64,000 nt of DNA, taken from Mobula hypostoma (lineage: Eukaryota). The notes under the pieces are model-generated. The model saw only the letters and a program-made list of their open reading frames with translations, was not told where the DNA came from and did no database searches. Positions 12,828 to 25,640 of this stretch are shown piece by piece. How positions within the stretch are numbered: the first letter of the stretch is position 1; every line of letters starts with the position of its first letter. A program made the translations under genes and the position numbers. The DNA is taken from positions 212,848,001 through 212,912,000 of the forward strand of contig NC_086097.1 in the NCBI RefSeq assembly GCF_963921235.1. The letters run 5' to 3'.

Positions 12828-13758
12828 ACGAAAGGCCAACAAAATCTGGAACTTTTCCCCTAAAGGACCTGTATATATGAAAAGTTTCTTGATACTCCGG
12901 GTGACAGGGATAAGGAATATAGAAGAAAAGAGCTGAGAAAATATCCATCTGAAGACTGGAATGGATTGAAGGGGCTGAATGCATCCTTCTCTAGCTGTTA
13001 CACCCTTATGAGCCTATCTTTATGCTAGTTCTAAATGGATATAAATTTATGTCCGAAATGATAGTCGCAGCAGGACCTGAAGTGGTTATTTCTGATGATT
13101 TAATGATTTTTAAAGCAATTTTTCTTACTTCCCCTGACTGTCACAAGTACTATATTTTCTATATCTTTGAAGATAGTTTTTTGCCAAAACAATCTATTAT
13201 TTTGAGAAAGAAATGCTACTACAGTTCAATTTTCCTTATTTTATGCTATGATTTTATCATATTCTACAATTCATTAATACATTTCTTGGAAAATTTCAGT
13301 ATAAGTTGTCACTGGAAAAAGCAATGGCTTTTTTCATAATTTCTATTTAAGTGGAGCCTCAGAAATCGTGCCTTGTTTTTTTTTTGCCTTGTTGCATGAA
13401 TTACATTTATTCTTGCGTTTATATGGTGTGTTCAGAACACCATCATAAAATCTTCTGATACATTTTTGAAAATATGAGCTTAAAATAAGGCATGTATAAT
13501 AATAGCATATAAATAGAACTATTTGCATCTGCATGTTCACAAATAGGAGATGCTATTTACTATACATTGTGTGGTGTTGATACAATTTATAAATTTAACC
13601 TATAAAATAATTTTTGTCCGTAGAATGAACACATCTATCTATTTCATAAAACATTTCATGTAATCATAATTTCATGGTGCTGTCGCTGGTTTCAAAACAT
13701 ATTTTGCAGACAAACAATTATATTTGAAGAGGAGAAGCGATTAAGAATATTTGACTTT

Positions 13759-13894
13759 GTTGCTATGACAGCTAGCATTTTTCATCACACAGAGTGTAAT
13801 TAACTACAATTTCAATAATGTAAAATCAAGAAAGATGATAACAAACAGCAGAACCATGGTGATATTGCCATTGCAACAATGTTTCCATGGTAAC
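13759..13894. promoter_or_regulatory. Cluster of RFX X-box motifs
   Basis: GTTTCCATGGTAAC (13881-13894, consensus match), ATTGCCATTGCAAC (13864-13877) and GTTGCTATGACAGC (13759-13772). Confidence 0.55.
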
Positions 13895-15323
13895 AGTGAT
13901 AATAACCTCAGTGATAAATGTTTTCTCCTGCTTTTCCATTTTGTATGGTTATAACACAGAGGGCTAGTTTTACTGCAGCATTTTATAGTTTATTATGCTG
14001 TCAGAATTGTTTATGAGATGTTGTTGTGGAGGAAATTACTTCTTTCCATTGCTTAATAAAAATGCTGAAATATACTTTTTATGTGCAATGTGAAACAAAC
14101 ATCTAGTTCAAATATTTATTAAAAAAATTAAAAATAATATATTTTTCTGCCCTTAATAATAAATCAGCCGGTAAGCCATTTGTATTTTTAATGGTGAAAG
14201 GTCACCTGAATGTCACTATGTTTCTATCTCTCTCTTTACTTCTCCAAAAATCACATGGAGTTTTCAAATTAACAGAGAAAGGTAGACATTTAATTGTCAA
14301 TTAATCAAAAAGTTTCCCATTTAGTTTTCTTTGATGATATGATACCTTTTGTCAAAGACTAAATGGTGTTACTGGTTTTTTAAAATCATATATACACTGA
14401 GAACATTAGATAGTATCATCCAGTTATTCACACAAGGCAAATGTCAAAGTATTGTGCAGCAAATCATGGGGGGGGGGGGGGAATGTGAAAGGAAGCAAAT
14501 AATGAGCAAAGGTAATGGCATGTCAGCAAATACGCAATATTTGACTTGGTTAATTAGATTTTTTAAAGTACTTATAAATCTCCATAAGTCAAATACCCTG
14601 ATTTACAGTATATTTAAGTTTACTGCCTATTCAAAGTAATCACTGACTAAGGAAAGCTTTATAAGACTTTTGTTACGCTAACTTTATAGAGGCAAAAATA
14701 AATTGCAAAGTAAGTCATCAAAGCAACATTTCACCATTACTATAGACACCATTGCATTATTTAATTTGGAAGTAATTTCAATATTGGTTACTTATCTTAA
14801 CCAATAATGTTACCCTGAGAAACTAAAACCTCACCAAAGAGGAAGTAAATACCTATAAGGTAATTAGATTACTCATTAGCACATCAAACATTTATACCAA
14901 TTAAATGCAAATTACAAGACTTAATTATCAACATGAAATAGCTTTCTTGATATATATTGATAATACTCTCCACACAGCTATAATTACAAGATTAGAATAA
15001 AATGTAACAGCACATAGTTGTAAGATTGCAGCAACTGCAAACTATGTGTTGAGCATGTAATTCTCATTTTGTCGTAGGTGTTAGTGAGAGATAAAAAGCA
15101 CTGTGTCTAGCACATCAGTTCTGATCTTGAAGTCCATGCTGTGGCTACTTGGGTTAATAAACAATACTGTTTATCTGATTTTCATTTAAAAACTTAAACC
15201 CAGTGAATTACAAAATAGCTCTAGTCCGGCATTTACTGCTGACTCCCTGAAATGGAGGCACCATCTGAAAATTTGTTCTTGTGATGTGAGTGTTACTAGC
15301 AAAACCAACATTTATAGGTCATG

Positions 15324-15808
15324 CAAACAACACTCAGGTTGGAGGAACAACATCTTATATTCCGTCTGGGTAGCCTCCAACCTGATGGCATGAACATTGA
15401 CTTCTCTAACTTCCGCTAAGGCCCCACCTCTCCCTCGTACCCCATCTGTTACTTATTTTTATGCACACATTCTTTCTCTTACTCTCCTTTTTGTCCCTCT
15501 GAATATACCTGTTGCCCATCCTCTGGGTCCCCCCCCCCTTGTCTTTCTTCCCGGACCTCCTGTCCCATGATCCTCTCGTATCCCCTTTTGCCAATCACCT
15601 GTCCAGCTCTCGGCTCTATCCCTCCCCCTCCTGTCTTCTCCTATCATTTTGGATCTCCCCCCTCCCCCTCCAACTTTCAAATCCCTTACTAACTCTTCCT
15701 TCAGTTAGTCCTGACGAAGGGTCTCGGCCTGAAACGTCGAGTACACCTCTTCCTACAGATGCTGCCTGGCCTGCTGCGTTCACCAGCAACTTTGATGTGT
15801 GTTGGTTG
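15324..15808 (+). mobile_element. Young Penelope-like 3' fragment with pLTR
   Basis: GIY-YIG tail LRLEEQHLIFRLGSLQPDGMNIDFSNFR*; 14-bp TSD ATTTATAGGTCATG at 15310-15323 and 15809-15822. Confidence 0.92.
15707..15742 (+). ncRNA. Minimal hammerhead ribozyme motif
   Basis: AGTC CTGACGA A GGGTCTCGGCCT GAAA CG TC GAGT: GUC site, one helix I mismatch. Confidence 0.65.
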
Positions 15809-15969
15809 ATTTATAGGTCATGACAACTTTTCAGTGGAAGTATGATAAGTCCTCTTCTGGAACTTCAAGTTGATTTTTTTTATGGAGAGACAATCAAACT
15901 AGAGGGAAATGGAAGTCAGAAGGTGAAGAGAATGGCAAAGGATCTGACTTAAAGGACTCCAATGAACCT

Positions 15970-16169
15970 TTTGTTGTTGTTGCTGTTCCTTTCCATGTCT
16001 TGTGGCGCATTGGGTGACTGTTTCTTTAGCATTTATCTGTTTTTTATGAGGCCAAACTGGATGCTCAACCCAGCACGGATGGAAAGCAAGCAAGGAGCTG
16101 GCCAGATTCGAACCTGCCACCTCTCACCTCGAAGTCCAGTACGGATGCTACTGCACCGCCAGCCGGCTA
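15970..16169 (-). mobile_element. tRNA-derived SINE with (CAA)n tail
   Basis: Minus strand has TGGCGGTGCAGTAG (A-box-like), GGTTCGAATC (B-box) and a CAACAACAA tail. Confidence 0.85.
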
Positions 16170-16353
16170 GTGGATCTTTTGAGTTTTAATAGTTTGACGG
16201 AGTCATGATGACATTTTGTAGCATGACCATGTTGTAGCCAGACTGTGTCAAAATATATTTAATACTTTTAGGAAATTATTAATATGAATGATATCACAGT
16301 GCGGACACTGAAGATGTAGGTGCAGCCCAGGTACTAATGATCTGGCAAATTTT

Positions 16354-16478
16354 CGAAGGGTCTCGGCCTGAAACGTCGACTGTACCTCTTCCTGGAGATG
16401 CTGCCTGGCCTGCTGCGTTCACCAGCAACTTTGATGTGTGTTGCTTGAATTTCCAGCATCTACAGAATTCCTGTTGTT
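16354..16478 (+). mobile_element. 125-bp pLTR-only insertion
   Basis: TSD TGGCAAATTTT at 16343-16353 and 16479-16489; starts inside the hammerhead core (CGAAGGG). Confidence 0.92.
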
Positions 16479-16599
16479 TGGCAAATTTTAAGGTAGTTTA
16501 AGGACCATATTATTTACTATTAATTATAAGATCATCTGCATTTGAAATCCATAAATGCCTTTCTAACTTCCAGAATGGCCTCATTAATATACCTCATTT

Positions 16600-17040
16600 A
16601 GTTTTCTCCATTCTTGAGGTCTTCCAGAATTCTGCTCATTCCCAAGTTTGGTTAACTGATAGCTGATCACAGATGTGTTTGGGAGCATGCATTGGCCCTG
16701 GTTAAACAATCCTTTGATTTTAAAATTCTCACTCTTGTTTTCAGTCCCTCGTTGTCTTACCCTTCCCTTTTCTGTCATCTTCTCTAGCCTTCTCAGCCTC
16801 TGTTTTTGGACTAAAATGCAACCTTGAATCCATCGTTAATAGCTACAGCCAAATGTCTGGAATTCTTTCTCAAAATCTTTATGCCTCATTATCTCTTATT
16901 CCTCCCTTAAGTTGTTGCTTAAAACAGCCCTCTCAGAATAAATCATCTTTCTTGATATCTTATCATGTGGTTTGATATCAGTATATTATAGTTGGTAATA
17001 CACTAGTGGGATACCCTGTAATGCTTTTGTAACATTAAAG
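16600..17040 (+). mobile_element. Ancient L2-type LINE 3' fragment
   Basis: Degenerate ITDVFGSMHW...DFKILTLVF resembles the L2 HITPVLxxLHWLP..FKILxL motif. Confidence 0.55.
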
Positions 17041-17939
17041 ATACTTTTTAAATGACATAACTGTAACTTTGATATATGAAAATTGGGTATTTGACCACCT
17101 AACAAAACTTAAAAAGTAAAATATTTGTTGTGAATCACTTTAGGGTGAAGGGACACAAAATAATTATTTTCCAACTAATTAAAAAATAACTTTTTTTAAC
17201 TTTATGTTCCTAAAGATATTGGTACAAATTGTCTTAGTGTCAGACTTCCCAGAGGGATAGAAACGTGATTAAAACATTTTTTTATTTCCATACAGCAATT
17301 ATCCCTGTTCAAATGACACTTTCAACCCGCTGTCTTTTTTCTAACACCAGAAAACTCCTAATTATTGTAAAATTATGGGATAAATTTAGCAATTGTAGAA
17401 TCCAATAAACTTAGGGTCCTTTATAAGCAACATTTAAAAAGAGCATTAAGAATTGGATTAGGCCTCTTTCTATCTTTCTATCCTATGCTCCCTTCAAACA
17501 TTTTGGGAGAACTGAATTTTCTTGTTTATATGTTCTTTTATGCCCTATTATTTCTGAAGTTAAAATCTGATTTATCTAGTCTGATGCTAAGAATAATAAT
17601 GTGATATGCTATTGTCCTTAGAGGTGAATACATCCATAGGGCTAAAGTGATGGACAAGGGAAGTGGGACTGATTGCACTGCTCTCATTGAGAAGGAAATC
17701 AACTCCCTTTACACAATTTGACTTTAGAAATGACTTTTCAAACCATTAAGAAGCTCAAAACACAACCAGAATGAAAACAGATGATACTCAAGTCACATCC
17801 AGGCAGGTAATCTTGTAAAATACTTCACAAACAGATTGCTACTTAAACTTAGAGACCTTTCCCACAAAACTATGGAGTATGAATTAGTCAAAGGATTTTG
17901 GTAGTATATGACTGGTATTTGTAAGTTTGGACTAACCTT

Positions 17940-18165
17940 ATTTTATTCATTTAAAGATACAGCACAGTCCTTCCAGCCCAACCAGCACATGCTGCCCAAT
18001 TACACACATGTGGGCAATTAACGTACATCTTTGAAATGTGGGTGGCAACTGGAGCACTGGAGGAAACCTATGTGTTCATGAGAACATACATACGCCTTAC
18101 AGACAGTGGCAGAATTGAAACTGAGTGCTGACACTGTAACAGTGTCACACTGACCACTACCACAC
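17940..18165 (-). mobile_element. V-SINE (HE1-like)
   Basis: V-domain-like TGTGGG..CAACTGGAGCACTGGAGGAAACC, tRNA-like head at the high end, LINE-like tail. Confidence 0.7.
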
Positions 18166-18714
18166 CTGATGATCTTCTTCTGAAATGTATTCAGTGACTA
18201 GCCTTCCACAGTCCTCTATGACAGTAAATTTCACAGGTCCACCATCCTCTGAGTTAAGATATTCCTCACCGTGCGTATATTGAGACTGCGACACTCATTT
18301 TGGAAACTCCCCAAACAATGTTGGCCCATCAATGGGGTGGTTCTGCACTCGAGGTTGACAGCCTCTAGCAAAAACCATCCTGGTTGATAGATGGCCCACC
18401 CCTCACCTTCTGCATGCACTCTATTTACCAGCAATGAACCATGTATGCTGGGTATACTAACGATAAAAATGTGCCACAGTCATTTGTAAAGGATATTTTG
18501 TCAGCCACTTCCAAGTCTTTGACAAGGGAAGGACAAGGAGGTTTCTCTTCAAGACAATTAATACCCTGATTTGGAAACATGTCACCATTCCTTCATTGCC
18601 ACTGGGTCTAAATGCTCCCTACCCAAAGACACATTTGGAATAGCTTCATGCGGAATTGCAGCACACCACCAACCAGTCAAGAGTAAGTATGTTGATATTT
18701 CTGCCGGTGCAGAT

Positions 18715-19615
18715 AACAATAAAACAAATATATAAATAAGCAGTAAATATAGAGAACATGAAATACAGAGTAGTTGAGAGTGAGCCCATAGGTTATGGAA
18801 GCAGTTCAGTAGTGGGCAAGTGAAGTTCATTTGGGTTCAGTTTTGCAGATTTTTTGAGTTAAATAATTTCATTCTTTCTAGTAATATCTATTTTAATTAT
18901 TTTTTTAAACCATCAATTTTGGATAAGACCTTTTTAATTTGGAAAACCAAGGGAATAACCACTTTTTCAGATTTATTTTTACGGGACTGTTTAATGTCCT
19001 TTTCTCAATTAGTGGATAAATATGGTTTACCTAATGTACATTTCTTTAGATATTTACAAATTAGGAATTTTTTACGTGGTTTGCTGCCAAATTACCCTTC
19101 TGCTTATCCACCTAATATGACAGATGCTCTTTGTCAGGTTAAACCACTTCAAAAAAGGGTTGATAGCTATAATTTATAAACGGATTTTGAATTTACAAAT
19201 GATATCTAATGATAAAATTAAACGTGCTTGGGAATTGGAAGTTCAAGAGTCATTCTCAGATAATCAATGGAGTAAAATTCTTCATTTGGTTAATAACTCG
19301 TCTATTTGTGCCCGTCATTCCTTGATACAGTTCTAGGTAGTGCATCGGGCCCATATGTCAAAGGATAAACTAGCACATATTTTTTCCAACATCAATCCTA
19401 TTTGTGACAGTTATTGATAAATATATTTGAGATAATTCTCCTCTTTTGTATTTATGTTCCTTTTAAATCAATAAAAAGATTAATAAAGAAAGAAGAAAGA
19501 GTGAAGAAAGAACCTGATGGTTCAGGGATTAAAACTGTTCCTGAAGCTGATGATGTGAGTCCTGAGGCTTCTGTACCTACCTCCTGATGACAGCAGCAAA
19601 AAGAGGGAATGACTA
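18715..19615 (-). mobile_element. Rex1/Babar-type 3' fragment interrupted by L1
   Basis: SLFAAVIRR...FRNSFNP-like C-terminus at 19510-19615 (minus); 3' UTR at 18715-18825. Confidence 0.55.
18826..19499 (+). mobile_element. L1-clade ORF2 C-terminal fragment
   Basis: WKTKGI..DL...LMSFSQL..KYGLP..FFRYLQIR and CARHSLIQF.VVHR; AATAAA plus A-rich tail; TSD AGTGAAG at 18819-18825 and 19500-19506. Confidence 0.9.
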
Positions 19616-21452
19616 GAGAATCATGATCTGAAGAGAGTGTAGATGGGCAGAAAGTTCAGCATGGACATGTGGTCTAAACGGCCCGTTTCTGTGCTGCATG
19701 ACTCCATAAAGTCTTCTTGTCTGCAACCTTTTCTGCTTGGAAAGCTAAAGGGGATATCATTTGAGCTAGACAAAGTAGATAGGTTGGTGATCTGGCTGAT
19801 CAGAGAAGTTGGGATTATGGAAATTAATGGAATGGAAAGGGATAATTGGGCTGGAATGGAGAGTGACGAGGGGGCACACATTGCTCACACTGGAGGCCAA
19901 GGTCAGGTGAAGTGGAATTCAGAGGTCAGAGCTCAGAGTCCGGCAAAAGGAAATTTGAAAGTGAGAGGCTGCTTCCACAGGCAATTATTTTGCGGTGGGC
20001 AGAAAAACTATTGCTGCTTTTGGGGGAAGAGTCTGTCAGTTATTCAGAGCCTAGGGTCATTGGCAGCAACGTGGTGATAGTGGCAGCTGGTAAGGGAATA
20101 ACGAGAACAAACGACGAGAAAATTACTGAAAAAAGGGCCTCGTTGGAAGGCAATAGCTTCCTTGGATTTTCTGACATTGGATCAGTCAGACTGACCAGAT
20201 TGTAGGAAGGAAGTGATTATATAAGGAATTCATCAGGATATTTCCTGGGAAAGAGCATATCAACCATAAGAAGAGATTGAATAGGCTGGTGTTCATTTTC
20301 CTTGAAGATGGCTGAGAGTAGATGATAGGTACTCAAAATAATGAAGGGCAGTTAGTAAGGAACTTTTCAATTCAGTGGAAGTGTCTGTAACCATAGATTT
20401 AGGGTAAAGAATGATCTGCCTGAGGCAGTTGTGGTGATAGATACTCTCACAACATGCAAGAGTTATTTAACTGAGCACTTGAAAAACCAGGAGAATGGAA
20501 TTAACATAGATAAGCACTTGATGACCAGCATGCACACAGTAGACGGAAGGGCCTGTCTCCAGTCTGCCTTGCTTTATCATCTTAATTCACAAAACAAATG
20601 GGCAAAATAAGAGATTTTCTAGCCAATATGTGACATTGAATGCCAATATTTGTTAAATGGTTTGACATACTTCTTACAAACTTCACTCAGTTTTACCACT
20701 TCAAGAGACATGCCATTAACATTTATGGGGCAGCTTTACAGTCACTAGAAAGTCACCGAACATACCAGATAAAGGTAGAACATTTCAATTTAGTTTTAAA
20801 TTACTTTATAAAACCATGAATTCTAATTACGACTGTGCAACATCTCTGATATAGAAACAAAAAAAAAATCACGCAAGGAGTGGATCATTGGATGTGCAGC
20901 CATGGTGATCTATTGATTGTCATTAGCACAGAAACAGAAAATCTGATTTTGCAGAAACTGTTCAGAAGATCTCATGAAGACAAAATGAATTTGAAATGAA
21001 CCAAATGGACACTTTGCAATGAGAAGTCATGAACCTTGGTGAAGTGCAATGCCAATGGCCTACAGGAAGTGATGCATAAAAGTAGAACTTTGGATTTATA
21101 AGCCAAGGATTGAAAATACAACAGAGCTATGTTTGTTGACTGGAATGGTACAACATCACATGTAATCTCTTCATATTCTTATGAAGGTGCTCAATACCAC
21201 TGCATCAATTGTTGAAAAAAATGAGCAATAGATATAGAACAAGAAGCTCCCATGTTACATCCTCTCCAAGAATGGCATAGTTTTGTAATTAAGATGGTGC
21301 AATTTTCAAAATTGATGTGAATCAAAGAAGTTGTCTTTTTTTTCTAGGAAGAGCCTGTAACTAGTAACATATCAGATGTGTATTTAATATTTCAGAAACA
21401 TCTGAGCAATATTGTCAATTAAGCGTTCTTTGTTAATTTAAACAATTAATTG

Positions 21453-21576
21453 GTCATAGTCATAGTCATAGTCATACTTTATTGATCCCGGGGGAAATTG
21501 GTTTTCATTACAGTTGCACCATAAATAATTAACTAGTAATATGTAAGTTATGCCAGGAAATAAGTCCAGGACCAGT
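21453..21576 (-). mobile_element. LINE 3' tail with (ATGACT)n microsatellite
   Basis: GTCATA x4 followed by CTTTATTG (AATAAA on the minus strand). Confidence 0.65.
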
Positions 21577-21733
21577 CAATGAAAAGCGAGTGCCAGTTTT
21601 GCTGAATTCATTCGGTGAAACAGCATACAGTTTGCTGAGAAGTTTAACTGCTCCAAACCAAAGCTGCCAAAATGAGCTTTGCTGAGATCACGAAAGTAAT
21701 GCAGGAACATTTAGAACTGAAATCATTATTGAT

Positions 21734-22503
21734 AAATTGTGGAAATTTATCACCATAAACTATGAAGAAGCAAGGCTGACTTTAGAGCGAGGCGTGGAGG
21801 TACAATCCAAAGTTGGAGCATGGCATGTTCGAGGAGAAGTGGTTGGAGTGAGGTCAAAGCATGTTGGAGATGGAGTCAGAGATGGAGTTGGATCAAGCGA
21901 ATTGGAAACGAATCGGATCAGAGGAGCTTTGTTGGGTATCCACCTGAACCAAAGGCAATGTTGAATCAGTCTAAGTGCCGAGCGATTTGGCAAGGTCGAG
22001 TATGGCCATGGTCTGGATGGCAGGATACGGGCCCAAAGCGTGTCACTGTGGCAGGGCTTGGGTCCTAGTGTGGGGCACAAACCGGTGGTTGGACAATTTA
22101 AGCGCTGTCCCACATGGACTGAAAAGGCAGGGTGTCGAGATCGGAGAGGGTTGGGCCGATTCTTCTCTCTCTTCCACAACATTTACTCTTCTCTCCAAGG
22201 CACTGAGGCTTTGAAACTGCTATGGCTGCTCCAAGCTTTGTATCTGCGAGCTTCATGAGGATTTGACCTGCTGTGTGATGAATTGGGTCTGAGGCTATGA
22301 GCCTGCTCTGAATGTTCTTGTTTGCTTTTATTGTTTGCATGATTTGTGTTTTTTTTCTCTCTCTCTCTCTGCACATTGGTTTTGGTCTTTTTTCTAATTG
22401 GGTTCTTTCGAGTCTCTTGTTTTGTGGCTGTCTGTAAGCAGATGGATCTCAAGGTTGTATAATTTATACTTACTTCGATAATGTATTTTGAACTTTGAAT
22501 TTT
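21734..22503 (+). mobile_element. Non-autonomous retroelement with (ACTTTGA)n-type tail, inserted in gag
   Basis: Flanked by TTGAT; 3' end similar to 59220-59430. Confidence 0.65.
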
Positions 22504-22611
22504 GATTGCAGGACACTTTAGGTTTCATAAGCAGAATCAAAAGTAAGGAGAGTTCACTTCAGTGTATATGGTTGAACCGAAGAAGTTGTCTGAGCATTTT
22601 CAGTTTAATAA

Positions 22612-23235
22612 AGACACACTAAATACTGGAGGAACTCAGCAGGTTAAGGCAGCATCTATAGAAAAAAGTACAGTCAATGTTTCAGGCTGAAACCCTTTGG
22701 CAGGACTGGAGTAAAAAATCTGAAGGGTAGATTTAAAAGGTGGTGGGAGGGGAGAGAGAATCACCAAGTGATAGGTGAAACCTGGAGGGGGAAGGATGAA
22801 GTAAAGAGCGGTGAAGTTGATTGGTGAAAAGGGCAGAAGGCCATGGAAGAAAGAAAAAGGGAGAAGGACCACCGAGGGAGGCGATGGTTGCGCAAGGAGA
22901 TGAGGTGTGTGAGGGAAAAGGGGATGGGAAATGGTAAGGTAGGGGTGGTGCGGTTTGGGGGCATTACCAGAAGTTCGAGAAATCAATGTTCATGTCATCA
23001 GGTTGGAGGATACTAAATGGAATATACAGCATTGTTCCTCCAACCTAAGTGTGGCCTTATCACGACAGTAGAGGAGACCATGGGTGGAAATATTGGAATG
23101 GGATTGGGAAGTGGAATTAAAATGGGTGGCTCCTGGCAGATCCCGCTTGTTCTGGAGGGCAGAGTGTAGATGCTCGGTGAAGTGGTCTCACAATCTACAT
23201 CGGGTCTCACCAAGGCACAGGAGGCCAATCCAGCA
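22612..23235 (-). mobile_element. Penelope-like 3' fragment
   Basis: GIY-YIG-like segment, purine tract and pLTR; degenerate hammerhead at 22671-22708. Confidence 0.8.
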
Positions 23236-23649
23236 GCAATGAACTGGCAAATTAATTAAAATGAAATTGGACCCTCGGCAGTTTCAGTCATCCCACAAAA
23301 TGAGTTTGAATGACATTTCAAAGGTACTGAAATAAAGTCTACAGATATCCAACTAGAAACTTGCCAACTAAGGACTGAATAAAAGATAACTCCTGTGGGA
23401 ATGATATCTGTAGCAGTGAAATACAACAACCAACAAGACACACTGTGCTTGTATGTGGTTAAAAAAACAGGAGGGCCAGTATTGTGGAGGCAGTATTGGC
23501 TGAGACTCTACAACTCAATTGGAGATCCATCCACCATTTGCAATCAACATCCCCTGCAACAGAGTCCACTGAAAGTGAATTGAAAAACATACTTGGTGAT
23601 GCCACAGCAGTGTTCATGGATGCCATTGGAAAACTCAAACATTACAAAG

Positions 23650-24240
23650 TGTTAAATGGCCTGTCCCCTAAAACCCTCACTAATTTTTATAGATGCACCT
23701 TAGAAAGCATTCTTCTAGGGTGCATCACAACCTGGTATGGAAGTTGTCCTGTCCAAGACCGGAAGAAGCTGCAGAAGATCGTGAACACAGTGCAGCACAT
23801 CACACAAACCAATCTTCCGACCTTGGACTCACTTTACACCGCACGCTGTCAGAGCAGTGCTACCAGGATAATCAAGGACACGACCCACCCAGCCATCACA
23901 CTTTTTGTCCCTCTTCCCTCCGGAAGAAGGCTCAGGAGCTTGAAGACTCGTATGGCCAGATTTGGGAACAGCTTCTTTCCAACTGTGATAAGACTGCTGA
24001 ACGGATCCTGACCCGATCTAGGCCGCACCCTCCAAATATCCGGACCTGCCTCTCGGTTGTTTTGCACTGCCTTAGTTTCCTTTTTCTATTTTCTATTTAT
24101 GATTTATAATTTAAATTTTTAATATTTTCTATCGATTTGTACTCCAGGGAGCGGAAAGCACAGAATCAAATATTGCTGTGATGATCGTACGCTCTAGTAT
24201 CAATTGTTTGGTGACAATAAAATAAAGTAAAGTAAAGTAA
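23650..24240 (+). mobile_element. Rex1/Babar-type LINE 3' fragment
   Basis: LTNFYRCTLESIL.GCITTWYG...PLPSGRR..RFGNSFFP; (AAAGT)n tail. Confidence 0.9.
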
Positions 24241-25049
24241 AATGAAAATGACACACCCAAGTATTACAAAGCTCATCCGGTTCCTTATACCATCTGTGAT
24301 GAAGTAGCCAGTGAGCTAGATCACATAGAGATGGAAGGAATTCCTTCCAAGGTTGAATGAAGCCCATGGACAATGCCAGTGGTTCAAGTAGCCAAGAGGA
24401 ATGGGTCTGTCAGGATCTGTAGTGATTTTAAGGTCACCATCAATCCAGCAGTGGAAATAGATCAATACGCTCTGCCCAGGATAGAGGATATCTTTGTAAA
24501 CCTTATTGAGTTAGAGTTTATAGCTAAGCAGAGAGGAGTGTAGTGCATTTAACATTTCAGTAATATTTGAGGGATGTTGTGAATATATTGTTTGATTAAG
24601 CATTCTTTGTTTATATAAATAATTCATTCCGCGTCTTATGTAAAAGTATGTAAATGGCATATGTTATTACGCCACCGCGTCATATGTGTGCACCTCACTA
24701 AAGTAAAATCGGAACCAGACTCGAGTTATTCCAGGCTGTCTTGTGTTTTTCTTTTGATTAATTTCTGGAGTTACAAAACATAACATATCATAAACCCCCA
24801 GAAGCAAAATTATTTCTAAACTCTGCAGCACCTACTCTAGTGGCGTCTGGGAACAATCCTTCTATTGCAGTCAAATACAGGGTTTCTGAGCAGAATCCCT
24901 TTGATCTAACAACAGTATGTTATACTATCCTAGGGATATCGTGGTAATGTGAATGAAAAAGAGATCTATAAGTTGAATGGTTTCAATGAGGAGTTTTCAG
25001 TGACAACAGCGATTGAAGTTAAGAAACATCATGTTGAGAGTGTCATCAT

Positions 25050-25640
25050 GAAAAGAGAAAGAGACTGAAGAATTTTAGACAAAATAGTTTGTCTGAATAT
25101 CACATAGAAAATACAGAAATGACAAGGATGTTATCAACTGCAAGAAGTTAATCTGGAATTAATGTAGCATTTGCCAAAGTTTGCAAACAATCCATTGAGT
25201 TATGATCATGGCCGACTAGATCTTGTAAATTACTGACAATGGCCTGTTACTGATTGAGAATTAGCTTTTATGAATTGATGTGAAAAACCTGAGATGATGT
25301 ACCACTGCTGAATGAACTAAAGATGAGTTGAAGTTTACACATGCATTTCAGAGTGTACCTGCAGAATTTGCTTCTGACAATTGTTCTCAGCTTTGATCTA
25401 ATCTGTTTCCGAATTTTATGTAACAGAATAACATCAAGCATACTTGTTCTTTCAAATCACCAGCTTCAAATAAAACAGAAAAATGATCAGTGAAAATAGC
25501 ATAAAAAGTTGTCAAGAAGCAAATTTTGGAGGATGTGGGCTTATCTCTGTTGGTCAATTCCTTGTTGAAGAACTGAACAACTCTACACATGACAATGGGG
25601 TATGAAGGATTCTTGAAGAAGGGGAGATTGGGGCATGCTT
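25050..25640 (+). mobile_element. Highly decayed Gypsy integrase core
   Basis: RVPAEFASDNCSQL..F..FM.QNNIKHTCS..PASN..E.SVK resembles an rve core. Confidence 0.65.

Larger units (their letters stand above)
10255..13010 (+). mobile_element. Old CR1 3' fragment hosting nested insertions
   Basis: MPGFKLLNY...GLYSLE at 10275-10340, resumes at 10701-10885 and 12830-13010. Confidence 0.65.
21577..24785 (+). mobile_element. Gypsy (Mag-like) LTR retrotransposon remnant: gag, protease, RT start, PPT, 3' LTR
   Basis: gag KRVPVLLN..GETAYSLLRSL (21577-21733) and FRFHKQNQ (22506-22608); protease region (23240-23648); RT start SPWTMPVV..KRNGSVRICSDFKVTIN..LPRIEDIF (24241-24505); purine tract, then TG...CA LTR at 24539-24785. 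Confidence 0.88.

Noticed and set aside
19643..20205. 144-aa and 97-aa ORFs
   Set aside because: No domain or splice support; they start in repeat-derived sequence.
23484..24011. 175-aa ORF as a novel gene
   Set aside because: It is a chance in-frame fusion of the Gypsy protease-RT linker and a Rex1-type C-terminus at an insertion junction.
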